From the human T2T-CHM13v2.0 reference genome, Homo sapiens: a stretch of DNA of 64,000 bases. The number at the start of each line of letters is the position of its first letter. Position 1 is the stretch's first letter. The translations under genes and the position numbers were made by a program. The notes under the pieces are model-generated. The model was not told the DNA's origin and ran no database searches. It saw only the letters and a program-made list of their open reading frames with translations. The stretch lies in the NCBI RefSeq assembly GCF_009914755.1, contig NC_060931.1. One strand, given 5' to 3'. Below are positions 62,820 through 64,000 of this stretch, piece after piece.

Positions 62820-63050
62820 TCCAAATTGCCTGCTTACTATGGGCCAGTCCTTGGGCTAAATCTTTTCTTGTGTTTTTCTCTTTAAATTCTCCCTAGAACT
62901 CAATGAGGTAGAACTACAATCATCCTCACTTTAAGATGAAGACGCTAAGATATAAATAAGTGAAATAAATTACTTGAGGCTACCAAGCTGATCATTCGCA
63001 GAGCCAGGGTTCAAATCCAGGCTGTCCAACTCCAAAGTTCATACACTGCA
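62820..63050 (-). mobile_element. MIR SINE
   Basis: gcttactatgggccag...aatgaggtag...gcagagccagggttcaaatccaggctgtc. Confidence 0.75.
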
Positions 63051-64000
63051 CCCCCACCCACTACTACCTCTTCTGAAAAAGGTATCTGACCAGATATTTT
63101 CAACATAGATTTCGGCAGACTACAGGGATAACCTGGTGAGGAAGTAGTCTCTCCAATTCAGATCTCCTACAGATAAAACCTTGGCAAAGGGGTACTCAAT
63201 TCTGTCAACTGAGTCTCACAAAATTATAATGTTAACTGATGGGTGTTTAGAGGATGTACATTTTAGAAGACTCTTAAATTGAGTACAGATGTTTAGAAAA
63301 TCAGTGTCAAATTAGAAAGCATTAAGCAGACATTAAGGCAGACCAAATTGGTCTTTTCAGAAAGCTGGGTCAGGATGGGAGAAATGTGTGCTTGCTAAGT
63401 AGGCCAGGTTACTCAGAAGTGGGTCTTCTAACTCAGAAATTAGTGAAGGCAGCCCAGCTTTGCCAGAGAATCAGACAGAGTAAGAAGCCTAAACATGGAG
63501 CTGAAGGATTGACCTACAGGTTTTCAGGTGGAGTGGAAGGAAGCAGATTCTCTTGCCAAGACCTTCACAGCAACCTGTAGATGCAGCACTGGAACCCAGG
63601 ACTCTGGCGTGTTTTTTAACCATTAACCTGATGCCAGGGATGTTGGAACTGTCTTGGAACTCCACTTTTCAACAGAAATTTCTGGAAGAGATTAAGGAGA
63701 TCCTATGCCTTAAAAGAGGACCAGGACATGTTCACATCATCCATCTGCGGGTTTCTGGAGGTGGGGGGAGCCAATGGTCTCAGACTTTTGGAACCACTTT
63801 ATTTTCATTTCATAGTTTCATCACATTCGGAAAGGTTTGGTATATTTCCTCATCATAAAAATCTCATTCTCAAAATTCCTCTTGAAATATATGTGTTGGT
63901 CTCCAAATGATGCCACACTTGTTTATAGGACTAGATGACAAACACTCAGGTAAAGGCATTTTACTGTGTGCAGCAAAATATACAGAACATTCACTTTCAC

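Overview
This is primate (human-like) non-coding DNA, AT-rich and dominated by interspersed repeats, with no recognisable cellular protein-coding gene, RNA gene or CpG island. It holds two full-length, retrotransposition-dead LINE-1s on the + strand, each with target-site duplications (TSDs). One is an L1PA7/8-like copy (11431-18170) carrying a nested Alu. The other is an L1PA4-like copy (48901-55094) that retains an open antisense ORF0. Also present are seven Alu dimers plus a FLAM, solo LTRs (MER31-, MER4-, MER9B-, MST/MLT-, LTR33- and LTR16-like), MER5A and MADE1 DNA elements, and many MIR/L2/L1M relics. Subfamily names come from recalled consensus motifs, not from a database search. Several structures are not explained by the repeat annotation. 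(1) A 220-bp inverted duplication brackets a promoter-like module. (2) A MADE1 palindrome captured 45 bp of nearby unique DNA. (3) A 78-bp local copy is present, and all three copy events have donor-copy offsets of about 1.1 kb. (4) One L1 has two fold-back micro-insertions. (5) The same 22-bp unit is deleted in one L1 and duplicated in the other. (6) Strong minus-strand exon signals could splice in frame to ORF0 from the L1 antisense promoter. Nothing here proves a new biological system; these are testable hypotheses.
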